Under the pieces are notes generated by a model. That model was not told the DNA's origin. It worked only from the letters and a program-made list of their open reading frames with translations, and searched no databases. A program made the translations under genes and the position numbers. DNA of 64,000 nt, from positions 9,310 to 73,309 of the forward strand of contig NZ_CAUVME010000009.1 in the NCBI RefSeq assembly GCF_963553175.1, in the 5' to 3' direction. Shown here in pieces: positions 1 to 10,031 of the stretch (position 1 is its first letter; each line of letters begins with the position of its first letter). Source of the DNA: Oribacterium sinus. Its GTDB lineage: Bacteria; Bacillota; Clostridia; Lachnospirales; Lachnospiraceae.

Positions 1-8
1 GATGTTTT

Positions 9-111
9 TGTGGATAGAATTTGTGGATAAGTGCATAATTTTGTGGATAAACCCTGTTTTTATAGGATTTCCCGGCTTTATTTAGAGGATAAAGAGGATA
101 AGATATACACA
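9..111. promoter_or_regulatory. DnaA-box cluster upstream of rpmH (part of the oriC region)
   Basis: Perfect TGTGGATAA (reverse complement TTATCCACA) at 22-30 and 42-50. One-mismatch TGTGGATAG at 9-17 and degenerate AGAGGATAA at 84-92 and 93-101. The position upstream of rpmH is typical of the rpmH-dnaA intergenic region. Confidence 0.85.
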
Positions 112-145
112 TTCCTTCCGAAAAATAAGTTTTTTCCAAAGGGTA

Positions 146-174
146 TTGACGATTTCTAGCCCTTTCTATATAAT
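146..174 (+). promoter_or_regulatory. Sigma-A promoter of the rpmH operon
   Basis: TTGACG (146-151), 17 bp spacer, TATAAT (169-174). Confidence 0.75.
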
Positions 175-294
175 AATCTGCGATGTTTACCCAAAATTAG
201 GAGTTTATTCGGGACCTTTCGTACAAGGACGAATAATTCCCGGAGAAACGATCGGTGGCTTTAGGCCATACACTAAAAAAAGGGAGGTGTCCGT

Positions 295-438
295 ATGCAT
301 AAGGGAAAAATGACTTATCAGCCAAAGACAAGACAGAGAGCAAAAGTGCATGGATTTAGAAAGAGAATGTCCACAGCCAACGGTAGAAAGGTTTTGTCTG
401 CTAGAAGAGCTAAAGGTAGAGCAAGATTATCTGCATAA
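295..438 (+). CDS. rpmH: 50S ribosomal protein L34
   Basis: Not in the ORF track. Manual translation [55 protein letters not shown] at about 283; precedes rnpA. Confidence 0.97.
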   Translation: MHKGKMTYQPKTRQRAKVHGFRKRMSTANGRKVLSARRAKGRARLSA

Positions 439-553
439 TGCAGAAACATAAAGGAAGCTTTCTTGAAAAGCTTTACGGGTATAAATAGTACCCTGTAGAA
501 TACAGAAATGAGGCCGCTGGAAAGCGGTCTTTCTTCAACCTTGGAGATATTTT

Positions 554-901
554 ATGAAGCGTTTTCCTTCCATGAAGTCAAATGAAGAGTTTCAGCATTG
601 TTATAAAAAAGGAAAATCCTATGCCAATGCTTATTTTGTGATGTTGATCGTGGAAAACGGTTTAGACTATTCCCGGCTGGGAATATCCTGTTCCAAGAAG
701 GTGGGGAATTCTGTAGTTCGTCATGGAATCAGTAGAAAGCTTCGAGAGATATTTCGATTAAACAAAGAAATCAAAGAGGGGTTAGACATCGTTTTAGTCG
801 TAAGACAGAAGGTAGCTTTTGCAAGCTATTCGGAATTGGAGATTGCTTATCTCGATTTATGTAGCAGGCATCATATACTTAGTAATGGAGAGAAGTTCTG
901 A
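554..901 (+). CDS. rnpA: Ribonuclease P protein component
   Basis: RLGISCSKKVGNSVVRH motif; synteny after rpmH. Confidence 0.95.
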   Translation: MKRFPSMKSNEEFQHCYKKGKSYANAYFVMLIVENGLDYSRLGISCSKKVGNSVVRHGISRKLREIFRLNKEIKEGLDIVLVVRQKVAFASYSELEIAYLDLCSRHHILSNGEKF

Positions 902-1029
902 AATTCTGATTTTTTCAAAGGGAAAAGAAATCCCTATTATAATAGGAAGAAACTCGGATAGAAAATACGTTTTATCAGGAAATAAGTTGATAGAAATTGC
1001 GAAGCAGCTTATTCCGAAGGAGAGCTTTG

Positions 1030-1242
1030 ATGAAAAAACTGATGTTAAAGATGATTCGTTTTTATCAAAAATTTTTATCTCCTATGAAGGGACATTCTCA
1101 TTGTAAATACACACCCACATGTTCTCAATACGCCTATGAGGCCATACAAAAGCACGGGTGTGTGAAAGGACTATTGTTGGCAATCTGGAGATTACTGCGT
1201 TGTAATCCCTTTGCTAAAGGCGGATATGATCCTGTTCCCTAG
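1030..1242 (+). CDS. yidD: Membrane protein insertion efficiency factor YidD
   Basis: [10 protein letters not shown]...[17 protein letters not shown] signature; start moved to the ATG at 1030. Confidence 0.93.
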   Translation: MKKLMLKMIRFYQKFLSPMKGHSHCKYTPTCSQYAYEAIQKHGCVKGLLLAIWRLLRCNPFAKGGYDPVP

Positions 1243-1260
1243 AGATGAAGGGAGAAAAAC

Positions 1261-2589
1261 TTGATTCAAAATCTGATTATTTTAACCAAAAACACATCCA
1301 ATCTACCCTTGTTCGGGCCTATCTGGAACTTAATCGTAAGTGCTTTAGGTTGGATTATGAACTGGATTTACCTTTTTTTAGACGGAATCGGTATTCCAAA
1401 CATTGGATTAGCCATCATTCTTTTTACTTTGGTAACTCGTATTTTGCTGTTCCCGACTTCTTTAAAACAGCAAAAATCCTCCAGAATGATGCAGATTATG
1501 CAACCGGAAATTCGTGCTGTACAGGAAAAGTATAAGAATAAGACGGATAACGCTTCCATGATGGCGCAGCAAACTGAGATGAAAGCCATTTATGAAAAGT
1601 ACGGCACTTCTATGACTGCAGGGTGCTTGCCTTTGTTTTTACAAATGCCGATTATTTTTGCCCTGTATCGTATTATTATGAACATTCCTGCTTATGTTCC
1701 TTCCGTAAAGGCAGTTTATGAAAGCGTTTCCACTGCTATCGGAGGCTCTTCTGCGGCACAAAGTCTTCTGGACTTCGGAAAAGCTAATGGCATGGAATCT
1801 ATTTTAAAGACCTTACACAACTTAGGTCTGGATGACCCCAGTAAGTATAATGCAGATGCAGTTCATAACTTCGTAATTGACTTTTTGTATAAGTTAAATC
1901 CTGCGCAGTGGGCAAAGCTTCCGGAAATTTTCCCCTCTGCTACCCAGGTAATTCAGCAAGCTGCGGCAAAGTCTACAGAGATTAACAGCTTCTTAGGCTT
2001 AAATCTTTCCACTGCCCCCTCTGCTTATGGCTTTACCCCAAATATTTACTGGTTAATTCCTATTTTGGCAGGCTTAAGCCAGTGGGCTTCCACCCTGCTG
2101 ATGCAGAAGCAGACCATGCCTACCGCAACAGAGGAGGGAGATCAGTCCCAGCAGATGATGAAGAGCATGAACGTGATGATGCCTTTGATGTCTGTGTGGT
2201 TCTGCTTCAGCTTTGCTTCAGGAATCGGTTTATACTGGATTGCTTCTTCCGTATTTATGCTCTTACAGCAGTTGATTTTAAACTGGTACTTCGGAAAGAA
2301 GACCAATGAAGAGCTTTTACAGGATGCTATGGCTAAGGCCAATGAAAAAAGAGCAAAAAAAGGCTTACCTCCCATTGATGAAAAGACCGTGGAAAACAGA
2401 TTAAAGCTTATGCAGGCTAAGGAAGATTCTGAAGAAAAGAATCGTATGGAAAAGATTGCAAAGCAAAATCTGAAGACAAAAGAATCTACAGACTATTACA
2501 ATCAAAATGCGAAAGAGGGATCATTAGCCAGCAAGGCAAACATGGTACAGCTTTACAATGAAAAGCATGAGAAAAAAGAGAAAAAGTAA
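1261..2589 (+). CDS. yidC: YidC/Oxa1 membrane protein insertase
   Basis: GCLPLFLQMPI and GIGLYWIASS motifs; synteny; TTG start. Confidence 0.95.
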   Translation: MIQNLIILTKNTSNLPLFGPIWNLIVSALGWIMNWIYLFLDGIGIPNIGLAIILFTLVTRILLFPTSLKQQKSSRMMQIMQPEIRAVQEKYKNKTDNASMMAQQTEMKAIYEKYGTSMTAGCLPLFLQMPIIFALYRIIMNIPAYVPSVKAVYESVSTAIGGSSAAQSLLDFGKANGMESILKTLHNLGLDDPSKYNADAVHNFVIDFLYKLNPAQWAKLPEIFPSATQVIQQAAAKSTEINSFLGLNLSTAPSAYGFTPNIYWLIPILAGLSQWASTLLMQKQTMPTATEEGDQSQQMMKSMNVMMPLMSVWFCFSFASGIGLYWIASSVFMLLQQLILNWYFGKKTNEELLQDAMAKANEKRAKKGLPPIDEKTVENRLKLMQAKEDSEEKNRMEKIAKQNLKTKESTDYYNQNAKEGSLASKANMVQLYNEKHEKKEKK

Positions 2590-2609
2590 AAAGCTTAGGG
2601 AGAAAAGCT

Positions 2610-3710
2610 ATGGACAAGTTTAGAGTTTCTGCAAAGACGGTAGAAGAAGCGATTACGAAGGCAACCATCTCTTTAGGTTGTACATCAGACAGAATTTCCT
2701 ACAATGTAATCGTACAGGGAAGCAACGGTTTATTCGGTATCGGAGCAAAGCCCTGGATTATCGAAGCCTGGGAAAAGGATGAAGCGGAAATCGCAAAAGA
2801 AAAGGCTGCAGCGGAAAAGCCCGCGGCAGTAGAGAAAGCGGCATTTGAAAAGAAGGAAGCGGAAGGAAAGAAGGAAAGCTCTTTTGTAGAGGAAAAGTCT
2901 CAGACTTTTGAGAAAAGGGAAGAAGGAAAGGCTTCCGGGGAGGATAAATCATTTTCCTATAATGCTTCTTTGGAAAAGAAGGACGAAAAGAGAGAGAAGA
3001 AGTTTGAAAAGAAGGAAGGCTTTAAGGGATTTAGCAGAGGAGGCTATGATCCTATCCCTGCACCAATCTCTTCCGCTCCTGTAAAGAGAGAGGAAAAGTC
3101 CTTTGAAGGAAGAAGTCCTGAGAAGAGAGAACTTACGCCTCTTTCCGAAGAGGAAATCGCAGTGGTAACAAAGGCTGCTTTAGAGTTCTTAAGCTCTGTA
3201 TTTCAGGGTATGGCTATGGAAGTGGAGCTTCAGACAGAGTTTAGAAACAGCAGCAATGAGCTTTACATCAACCTGGTAGGACCGGATATGGGTATCCTTA
3301 TCGGAAAAAGAGGACAAACCCTGGATTCCTTACAGTATCTTTGCTCCTTGGTGGTGAATAAAAACCACGGGGATGAGTATCTTCGGGTAAAGCTGGATAC
3401 GGAGGATTACCGTAAGAGAAGAGAGCAGACCTTAAGAAGTCTGGCTAAAAACATTGCTTACAAGGTAAAGAAGAATCGGAAATCCGTTCATTTGGAGCCA
3501 ATGAATCCTTATGAGAGAAGAATCATCCATGCCGCACTGCAAAGTGACAGTCAGGTTTCCACAAAATCCGAGGGAGAGGATCCCTTCCGCCACGTGGTGA
3601 TTTTCTGTAAAAATGGAGGAAAGTTCCAAAAGGATTTCCGCCACAAGGGAAACAGGATGAGAAGAGAGGACAGGAAAGAAGAAAAGAGAGAAGAGAAGAG
3701 CGAAGAATAA
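2610..3710 (+). CDS. jag: RNA-binding protein Jag/EloR (Jag_N, KH, R3H)
   Basis: GILIGKRGQTLDSLQYL (KH) and PMNPYERRIIHAAL (R3H). Confidence 0.95.
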   Translation: MDKFRVSAKTVEEAITKATISLGCTSDRISYNVIVQGSNGLFGIGAKPWIIEAWEKDEAEIAKEKAAAEKPAAVEKAAFEKKEAEGKKESSFVEEKSQTFEKREEGKASGEDKSFSYNASLEKKDEKREKKFEKKEGFKGFSRGGYDPIPAPISSAPVKREEKSFEGRSPEKRELTPLSEEEIAVVTKAALEFLSSVFQGMAMEVELQTEFRNSSNELYINLVGPDMGILIGKRGQTLDSLQYLCSLVVNKNHGDEYLRVKLDTEDYRKRREQTLRSLAKNIAYKVKKNRKSVHLEPMNPYERRIIHAALQSDSQVSTKSEGEDPFRHVVIFCKNGGKFQKDFRHKGNRMRREDRKEEKREEKSEE

Positions 3711-3852
3711 GACTTTCTTGCACCCCATGGAAGAAATAAGAAGAATAATTAGTAAGAAAATTCATTCGGTAAGAGGAACATATTCAGTAAAAAGAAGTCA
3801 TCAAAAGAAGTCATAAAACGTAAGTTAAAGAATTGTGTGATATTTAAGCAGT

Positions 3853-3900
3853 AGAGGTCTGAAATAGGGAGAGTTAGTTCTACCCTGATTTCAGGCCTCT
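3853..3900 (+). terminator. Hairpin after jag (probable terminator)
   Basis: AGAGGTCTGAAATAGGG...CCCTGATTTCAGGCCTCT inverted repeat. Confidence 0.55.
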
Positions 3901-4014
3901 ATTGCTTATTTGTATACAAGCTATTTAGGCTTATTTATAATTTCCATCCTAGGCTTTTCATTGCATTGTAGGGCAAATCTTAGTAAAATACAGAATTGCT
4001 GAGGAGGTGAGGAT

Positions 4015-5385
4015 TTGGAAAATACCATTAGCGGAATTGCCACCGCATTAGTTGAAAGCGGAATCGGCATTATCCGGATTAGCGGAAATCAGGCTGTGGA
4101 AATTGCCGGAAAAATTTTAAGAACTAAGGGGGGGAAACCCTTAGATATTAGAGAAAGCCACCGGATTCGCTATGGCTTTGTTTTTGACGGGGAAAAGGAA
4201 ATTGATGAGGTTTTGGTTTCCACTTTTTTAGCACCCAAATCCTTTACCGGAGAAGATACCGTGGAAATCAACTGTCACGGCGGAATCCTTTTGATGCAAA
4301 AGGTTTTTCAGGCCACTCTTAAGGCGGGAGCAAGACCGGCGGAGCCGGGAGAGTTCAGTAAACGAGCCTTTTTAAATGGGCGTATTGACCTTTCTCAGGC
4401 GGAGGCAGTGGCGGATTTGATTTCTGCCAAAAGCGAGGACAGCATTCGCTCCTCTCTTTCCCTCCTACAGGGTTCACTGAAGGAGAAAATCAAGGGAATG
4501 CGGAGCAGAATTCTGGAGGATACCGCTTTTATTGAGGCGGCTTTGGATGATCCGGAGCATATTTCTTTGGAGGGCTTCTCTGAGCAGTGTAAAGCCCATG
4601 TGGAAGGGATTCTCTCTGAAATTTCAGAGCTTTTGAAACACCAAAGGGAAGGAAAACTTTTAAAGGAGGGAATTCAAACTGTTATTGTGGGAAAGCCCAA
4701 TGCGGGAAAGTCTTCTCTTTTAAATTGCCTGGTTAAGGCGGATAAGGCCATTGTAAGCAATATTCCGGGAACCACCAGGGATACGGTGGAGGAGGATATT
4801 CGCATCGGCTCCCTGTCCCTTCATTTGATGGATACCGCAGGAATCCGGGAAACGGAAGATATTGTGGAAGAAATCGGTGTGAATCGGGCAAAGGAAGGGA
4901 TTGAAAAGGCGGACTGCGTTCTTTTGGTTTTGGATGGAAGCCTTCCCTTAGAGGAGGAGGACCGAAAGATTTTAGCCCTTTTAGAGGGAAAAAAGGTCCT
5001 GGTGCTTCTCAATAAAATGGATAAGGAAAGCATTTTACAAAAAGAGGACTTGGAAAAGGCTACCGGTTTTTCTGTGCTTCCCATTTCCGCCAAAGAGGGA
5101 AAGGGCATTGAGGAGCTTGGCCAAAAGTTGGAAGAGCTTTTCTATACCGGAAGTCTTTCCTTTTCCACAGAAACGTATATCCATAGTGAAAGGCAGATTG
5201 CTGCATTGGAAGAAGCAAAGTCCGCTTTGGAATTGGTTTTGGAGGGAATCCGTCTTAAATTGTCCGAGGATTTCTTAAGTATAGATTTAATGGGGGCATA
5301 CAGTGCCTTAGGAAGAATTCTGGGAGAGGATGTTTCCGAGGATTTGATCAATGAGATTTTTGCAAAGTTTTGCATGGGAAAATAG
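4015..5385 (+). CDS. mnmE: tRNA modification GTPase MnmE
   Basis: SFTGEDTVEINCHGG, GKPNAGKSS, GTTRD, C-terminal FCMGK. Confidence 0.97.
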   Translation: MENTISGIATALVESGIGIIRISGNQAVEIAGKILRTKGGKPLDIRESHRIRYGFVFDGEKEIDEVLVSTFLAPKSFTGEDTVEINCHGGILLMQKVFQATLKAGARPAEPGEFSKRAFLNGRIDLSQAEAVADLISAKSEDSIRSSLSLLQGSLKEKIKGMRSRILEDTAFIEAALDDPEHISLEGFSEQCKAHVEGILSEISELLKHQREGKLLKEGIQTVIVGKPNAGKSSLLNCLVKADKAIVSNIPGTTRDTVEEDIRIGSLSLHLMDTAGIRETEDIVEEIGVNRAKEGIEKADCVLLVLDGSLPLEEEDRKILALLEGKKVLVLLNKMDKESILQKEDLEKATGFSVLPISAKEGKGIEELGQKLEELFYTGSLSFSTETYIHSERQIAALEEAKSALELVLEGIRLKLSEDFLSIDLMGAYSALGRILGEDVSEDLINEIFAKFCMGK

Positions 5386-5397
5386 TAAAGAGGGAAT

Positions 5398-7299
5398 ATG
5401 GCATTTTTAGAAGAACAGGTAGATATTGTAGTGGTGGGAGCAGGGCATGCCGGAGTGGAGGCAGCCCTTGTTTCTGCTAAGCGGGGGCATAAAACCCTTC
5501 TTTTTACCCTGAGTCCGGACAGTATTTCCATGATGGCCTGTAACCCCAATATCGGGGGAAGCTCTAAGGGACATCTGGTAAGAGAGTTGGATGCCCTGGG
5601 GGGAATGATGGGAAAGATCTGCGACCAATCCTTTCTCCAGTCCAGGATGTTAAATAAGTCCAAGGGTCCGGCGGTACATTCCTTAAGAGCCCAGGCGGAT
5701 AAGCAGGTCTATTCCCAAAATATGCGGCATCTTGTGGAAAATCAGGAGAATCTTCATATTCGGCAGGGAGAAATTGTCTCTTTACTGTGCAATGAGGAAA
5801 AGACGGAAATTCGCGGGGTTGTCAGCAGTACCGGAGCCAGATACTATGCCAAGGCAGTGCTGATTTGCACCGGTGTGTACTTGAACGCCCGCTGCATTTA
5901 CGGAGAGGTGTCCGAGGAAACCGGGCCAAACGGCCTTCGCAGAGTTACAAAGCTGAGTCAGGCTCTTTTGGATTTAGGCTTCAGGCTTCAGCGTTTTAAA
6001 ACAGGAACCCCTGCCAGAGTGGATAGAAGATCCCTGGATTTTAGCAAGATGGAGGTACAGAAGGGAGATGTGCCTGTGGTGCCCTTCTCCTTTTCCACGG
6101 ATCCGGCTACGGTGCAGATTTCCCAAGAGGATTGCTACCTGACCTATACCTGTGAAGAAGGTCATGAGATGATTCGGGAAAATATTGACCGCTCCCCCAT
6201 GTATAACGGGGTGATTCAGGGAACCGGCCCCAGATACTGTCCTTCCATCGAAGATAAGGTCATGAAGTTCCCGGAAAAAAATCGGCATCAGATTTTTGTG
6301 GAGCCGGAGGGAAGATACACCAACGAAATGTATCTTTCCGGTCTTTCCTCTTCTCTTCCGGAAGACGTGCAAATGAGAATTCTTCGTACCATGGCGGGCT
6401 TTGAAAAGGCGGAAATGGTGAGAACCGGCTATGCCATCGAATACGACTGCCTAAATTCTTTGGAACTGGAAAATACCTTGGAAACAAAGAAGATTTCCGG
6501 CCTGTATTTTGCAGGACAAATGAACGGTTCCTCCGGCTATGAGGAGGCGGCGGTACAGGGATTTATGGCAGGAATCAATGCGGTACAAAAGATTGAGGGG
6601 AAAGAGCCCTTTGTTTTGGATCGTTCCGAGGCCTATATTGGCGTTTTAATTGATGACCTGGTGACAAAGGAGAATAAAGAGCCCTACAGAATGATGACCA
6701 GCAGGGCGGAATATCGTCTTCTGCTTCGACAGGACAATGCGGACCTTCGCCTTCGGGAAAAGGGCTATGCCCTGGGGATGGTTTCCGAGGAGGAAATCAA
6801 GGCTACCAGAGAAAAGCAGGAGGCCATCCAAAAAGAGCTTCGCCGTATGGAAAATACCTATATCGGGGCAAATGAGGAGAACAACAGAATTTTGGAAAGC
6901 ATTCCCTCTTCTCCTATCCAGTCCGGCATTTCTCTGAGAGAACTTTGTAAGAGACCGGAGTGTAATTATCAAAACATTGCTCCCTTGGATCCGGAAAGAC
7001 CTTCCCTTTCTCCCTTCATACAGGAAGAAGTGGAAATCGAAATTAAATATGAGGGCTATATCAAAAGACAGATTCAACAGGTGGAAGCCTTTAAGAAAAT
7101 GGAGCGGAAAAAGCTGCCAAAAGATATCTGCTACCATGATATTCATAATCTCCGTCTGGAAGCCAGACAGAAGCTGGACTTGATTCGTCCGGAAAATATG
7201 GGTATGGCCTCCCGCATCAGCGGTGTCAGCCCTGCGGATTTATCGGTGCTTTTGATTTATCTGGAGAAGAAAAAGGAAAGAAGAAAGGAAGAGAAATGA
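5398..7299 (+). CDS. mnmG: tRNA uridine 5-carboxymethylaminomethyl modification enzyme MnmG/GidA
   Basis: VVGAGHAGVEAA, GPRYCPSIEDK, PYRMMTSRAEYRL. Confidence 0.97.
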   Translation: MAFLEEQVDIVVVGAGHAGVEAALVSAKRGHKTLLFTLSPDSISMMACNPNIGGSSKGHLVRELDALGGMMGKICDQSFLQSRMLNKSKGPAVHSLRAQADKQVYSQNMRHLVENQENLHIRQGEIVSLLCNEEKTEIRGVVSSTGARYYAKAVLICTGVYLNARCIYGEVSEETGPNGLRRVTKLSQALLDLGFRLQRFKTGTPARVDRRSLDFSKMEVQKGDVPVVPFSFSTDPATVQISQEDCYLTYTCEEGHEMIRENIDRSPMYNGVIQGTGPRYCPSIEDKVMKFPEKNRHQIFVEPEGRYTNEMYLSGLSSSLPEDVQMRILRTMAGFEKAEMVRTGYAIEYDCLNSLELENTLETKKISGLYFAGQMNGSSGYEEAAVQGFMAGINAVQKIEGKEPFVLDRSEAYIGVLIDDLVTKENKEPYRMMTSRAEYRLLLRQDNADLRLREKGYALGMVSEEEIKATREKQEAIQKELRRMENTYIGANEENNRILESIPSSPIQSGISLRELCKRPECNYQNIAPLDPERPSLSPFIQEEVEIEIKYEGYIKRQIQQVEAFKKMERKKLPKDICYHDIHNLRLEARQKLDLIRPENMGMASRISGVSPADLSVLLIYLEKKKERRKEEK

Positions 7300-8042
7300 C
7301 CGAGTTTTTTCGAGAGAAGCTTTCCCATTTAGCAGAGAGCTTAGGACTTTCTTTAACAGAACAACAGCTTTTACAGTTCTATCAATATTATCAGATTCTG
7401 GTGGAAAAAAATAAGGTGATGAATCTTACCGCCATTACGGAAGAAGAAGAGGTCATTGTTAAGCACTTTGTGGATTGTCTGGCGATTTGTCAAATGAATG
7501 TTTCACGTGAAACATTTTCAGAATGGATAGAGGGAAAGTCGGTAATGGATGTGGGAACAGGAGCAGGATTTCCCGGACTTGTTCTAAAAATTGCCTTTCC
7601 AAGTATTCATCTTTCTTTGAGTGACTCTTTGCAAAAGCGGATTCGTTTTTTGGAAGAGCTGGTGGAAAGCCTTGGTTTGGAAGGGGTGAGATTTTATCAC
7701 GGTCGGGCTGAGGACCTGGGACATGATAAGAGCTTGCGGGAACAGTACGACCTGGTAGTTTCCAGAGCAGTGGCAAATCTTGCCACTTTAAGTGAGTATG
7801 ACCTTCCCTTTGTGAAGCCAGGAGGCTATTTTCTGGCTTTAAAGGGAAGAGAAGTGGAAGAAGAATTAGAGCAGGGTAAGAAGGCTATTTTCCTTTTAGG
7901 AGGAAAATGTGTGGAGAAGAAAATCTATACCCTGCCGGAAACCGATATGGGAAGAGCTATGCTTTTGATTCAGAAGATAGAGCCCTGCGGAAAAAAATAT
8001 CCTAGAAAGGCGGGAACTCCGGCTAAGTCACCTCTTAGTTAG
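7296..8042 (+). CDS. rsmG: 16S rRNA m7G527 methyltransferase RsmG/GidB
   Basis: DVGTGAGFPG, VSRAVA, YPRKAG motifs; follows mnmG. Confidence 0.96.
   Translation: MTEFFREKLSHLAESLGLSLTEQQLLQFYQYYQILVEKNKVMNLTAITEEEEVIVKHFVDCLAICQMNVSRETFSEWIEGKSVMDVGTGAGFPGLVLKIAFPSIHLSLSDSLQKRIRFLEELVESLGLEGVRFYHGRAEDLGHDKSLREQYDLVVSRAVANLATLSEYDLPFVKPGGYFLALKGREVEEELEQGKKAIFLLGGKCVEKKIYTLPETDMGRAMLLIQKIEPCGKKYPRKAGTPAKSPLS
7499..7514. promoter_or_regulatory. parS: parS site inside the rsmG coding sequence
   Basis: Perfect TGTTTCACGTGAAACA palindrome. Confidence 0.92.
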
Positions 8043-8056
8043 AGAAATATTATCAA

Positions 8057-9013
8057 GTGAAAAAGTTAAATGAAATAGAGGAAGAAAGCATTTTCCCAAA
8101 AGAACAGGAAAGGCTTTTGACAGAAAAAGAGCATCCCTATAGGGAGAGAAATAAGGGAATCATTATTCTTTTGATTACGACTGTGATTTGGAGTTTGGCC
8201 TTTATTGCCCAAAGTACCGCAATGGATCAGATTGGTCCCTGCGCCTTTGTGTTTTATCGGCACTTTTTATCCGGACTTTGCTTATTGCCCTTTGCCTTTT
8301 TAAAGCCATGCTCTAAGGAGGAAAAAATAGCAGGAATCAAAGGGGGAGCCATTACCGGTATCGTACTGGGTTTTGCCAGCGTGATTCAGCAAATTGGCGT
8401 CAAAGAAACCACCGTGGGAAAGGCAGCCTTTTTAACGGTACTTTATATTATCCTGATTCCGATTTTTGGCTTAGTTATCGGAAAAAAACCGGAAAAGAAA
8501 GTCTGGTTTTGTGCAATTCTGGCTTTGGTCGGGGTTTATTTTATTGCGATTAAGGCGGGAACAAAATTTACTATCGGCATAGGAGATACTTATATTATTC
8601 TTTGCTCGGTGCTTTATGCCGTTCAGATTATGCAGGTAGGACACTATGTAAAGAAGGTCAATATCAGCTGGTATATGTCCATACAGTTTTTAGCAGGCTC
8701 TTTGGTGGGATTACTGGGCTTTATTTTCTTTGAAAAGTTCTCTTTAATGAGTTTGAAAGCAGCCTTCCTTCCCATTGCTTATGCCGGTATTATGTCCGGG
8801 GCAGTGGCTTTTACCATGCAAAGCTATGCTCAAAAAAGATTGGAGGATACTCTTGCTTCCCTTCTCATGTCCACTACCGCCATTTATGCGGCGATTTGGG
8901 GATGGTTGTTTTTAGGAGAGTCTTTGGGAATTCGGGAAATATTCGGCTGTATTATTATGACCATTGCGGTGGTCTATGCCCAGCTGCCGGAAAAGCGGAA
9001 GAAAAGAAGCTAG
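8057..9013 (+). CDS. DMT/EamA family transporter
   Basis: About 10 TM helices in two EamA repeats (TTVGKAAFLT; FLGESLG). Confidence 0.88.
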   Translation: MKKLNEIEEESIFPKEQERLLTEKEHPYRERNKGIIILLITTVIWSLAFIAQSTAMDQIGPCAFVFYRHFLSGLCLLPFAFLKPCSKEEKIAGIKGGAITGIVLGFASVIQQIGVKETTVGKAAFLTVLYIILIPIFGLVIGKKPEKKVWFCAILALVGVYFIAIKAGTKFTIGIGDTYIILCSVLYAVQIMQVGHYVKKVNISWYMSIQFLAGSLVGLLGFIFFEKFSLMSLKAAFLPIAYAGIMSGAVAFTMQSYAQKRLEDTLASLLMSTTAIYAAIWGWLFLGESLGIREIFGCIIMTIAVVYAQLPEKRKKRS

Positions 9014-9137
9014 AATTTTTTGTTTTTGGAAGAAGGATAGCAATAGAATAGCTGCTAAAAGAGATAGCTTAGCAAGGAAATAGACAGTAAAAAGTAGCAG
9101 GAAGATAAATTGACAGTAATATAGAGCTGGGCTAAAA

Positions 9138-9153
9138 TGTTTCACGTGAAACA
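9138..9153. promoter_or_regulatory. parS: parS site upstream of parA
   Basis: Perfect TGTTTCACGTGAAACA palindrome. Confidence 0.92.
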
Positions 9154-9198
9154 AAAGCGGAAATAGTTACAGCACAAAAAGAAAGGCTAAGGGGACTT

Positions 9199-9963
9199 AT
9201 GGCGAAGATTATTACAATTGCAAACCAAAAGGGGGGTGTGGGAAAAACCACCACCGCTGTCAATTTGGCGGCTTCCTTAGCGGAGGCGAAACAGAAAGTT
9301 TTGCTTTTGGACTTTGATCCCCAGGGAAATACGGGAAGCGGTATCGGCATTCGGGAGGAAGAAATCAGCATTTACCGAATTCTTAGCGGAGAGTTTCCCA
9401 TAGAAAAGGGCATTGTTCGGGAGGCTTTGGAAAATCTGGATTTTATTGCCGCAGACAGGAATCTTTCCGCCATGGATGCAGAGCTTGCAGAGGAGGAAAA
9501 TAAAAACTTCTTACTAAAGGAAGCTCTGGTGAATATTCAAAAGGACTATGACTATATCTTTATTGATTGCCCTCCCAGCCTTGGTACTCTTACGGTAAAT
9601 GCTTTAACGGCTTCTCATTCCGTGTTGATTCCCATTCAGTGTGAATACTATGCATTGGAAGGACTTAGCCAAATGACGGATACCATTTCCATGGTAAAGG
9701 ACGCCTTGAATCCGGACTTAACAATCGAGGGAATTTTATTCACCATGTATGACAGCAGAAATCTCCTGTCGCAGGAGGTGGTAAAAGCGGTGCAGGAGCA
9801 TTCTTCGGATCCTATTTTTAAGACGATTATTCCCAGAAATGTTCGTTTGGCAGAGGCTCCCAGCCACGGTCTTCCCATCTCTCTTTACGACAACAGCTCT
9901 ACAGGGGCGGAGGCCTACAGAAAGCTTGCAGCGGAGATTCTGGAAAAGGATATAGCGTATTAA
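9199..9963 (+). CDS. soj: Chromosome partitioning ATPase ParA/Soj
   Basis: [11 protein letters not shown] deviant Walker [21 protein letters not shown]. Confidence 0.96.
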   Translation: MAKIITIANQKGGVGKTTTAVNLAASLAEAKQKVLLLDFDPQGNTGSGIGIREEEISIYRILSGEFPIEKGIVREALENLDFIAADRNLSAMDAELAEEENKNFLLKEALVNIQKDYDYIFIDCPPSLGTLTVNALTASHSVLIPIQCEYYALEGLSQMTDTISMVKDALNPDLTIEGILFTMYDSRNLLSQEVVKAVQEHSSDPIFKTIIPRNVRLAEAPSHGLPISLYDNSSTGAEAYRKLAAEILEKDIAY

Positions 9964-10011
9964 AAGCTTGCAGCGGGGATTTTGGAAAAGGATGTAGCGT
10001 ATTAAAAGCTT
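9921..10011 (+). repeat. 42-bp tandem duplication of the parA 3' end
   Basis: 9921-9962 and 9963-10004 differ at 3 positions; a partial third start AAAGCTT follows. Confidence 0.9.
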
Positions 10012-10031
10012 AGAGAAAGGAAGGGAAGAAC

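Noticed and set aside
819..1106. 95-aa ORF between rnpA and yidD, and the many antisense or overlapping ORFs in the track
   Set aside because: They overlap well-supported genes in other frames and have no recognisable motif or RBS.
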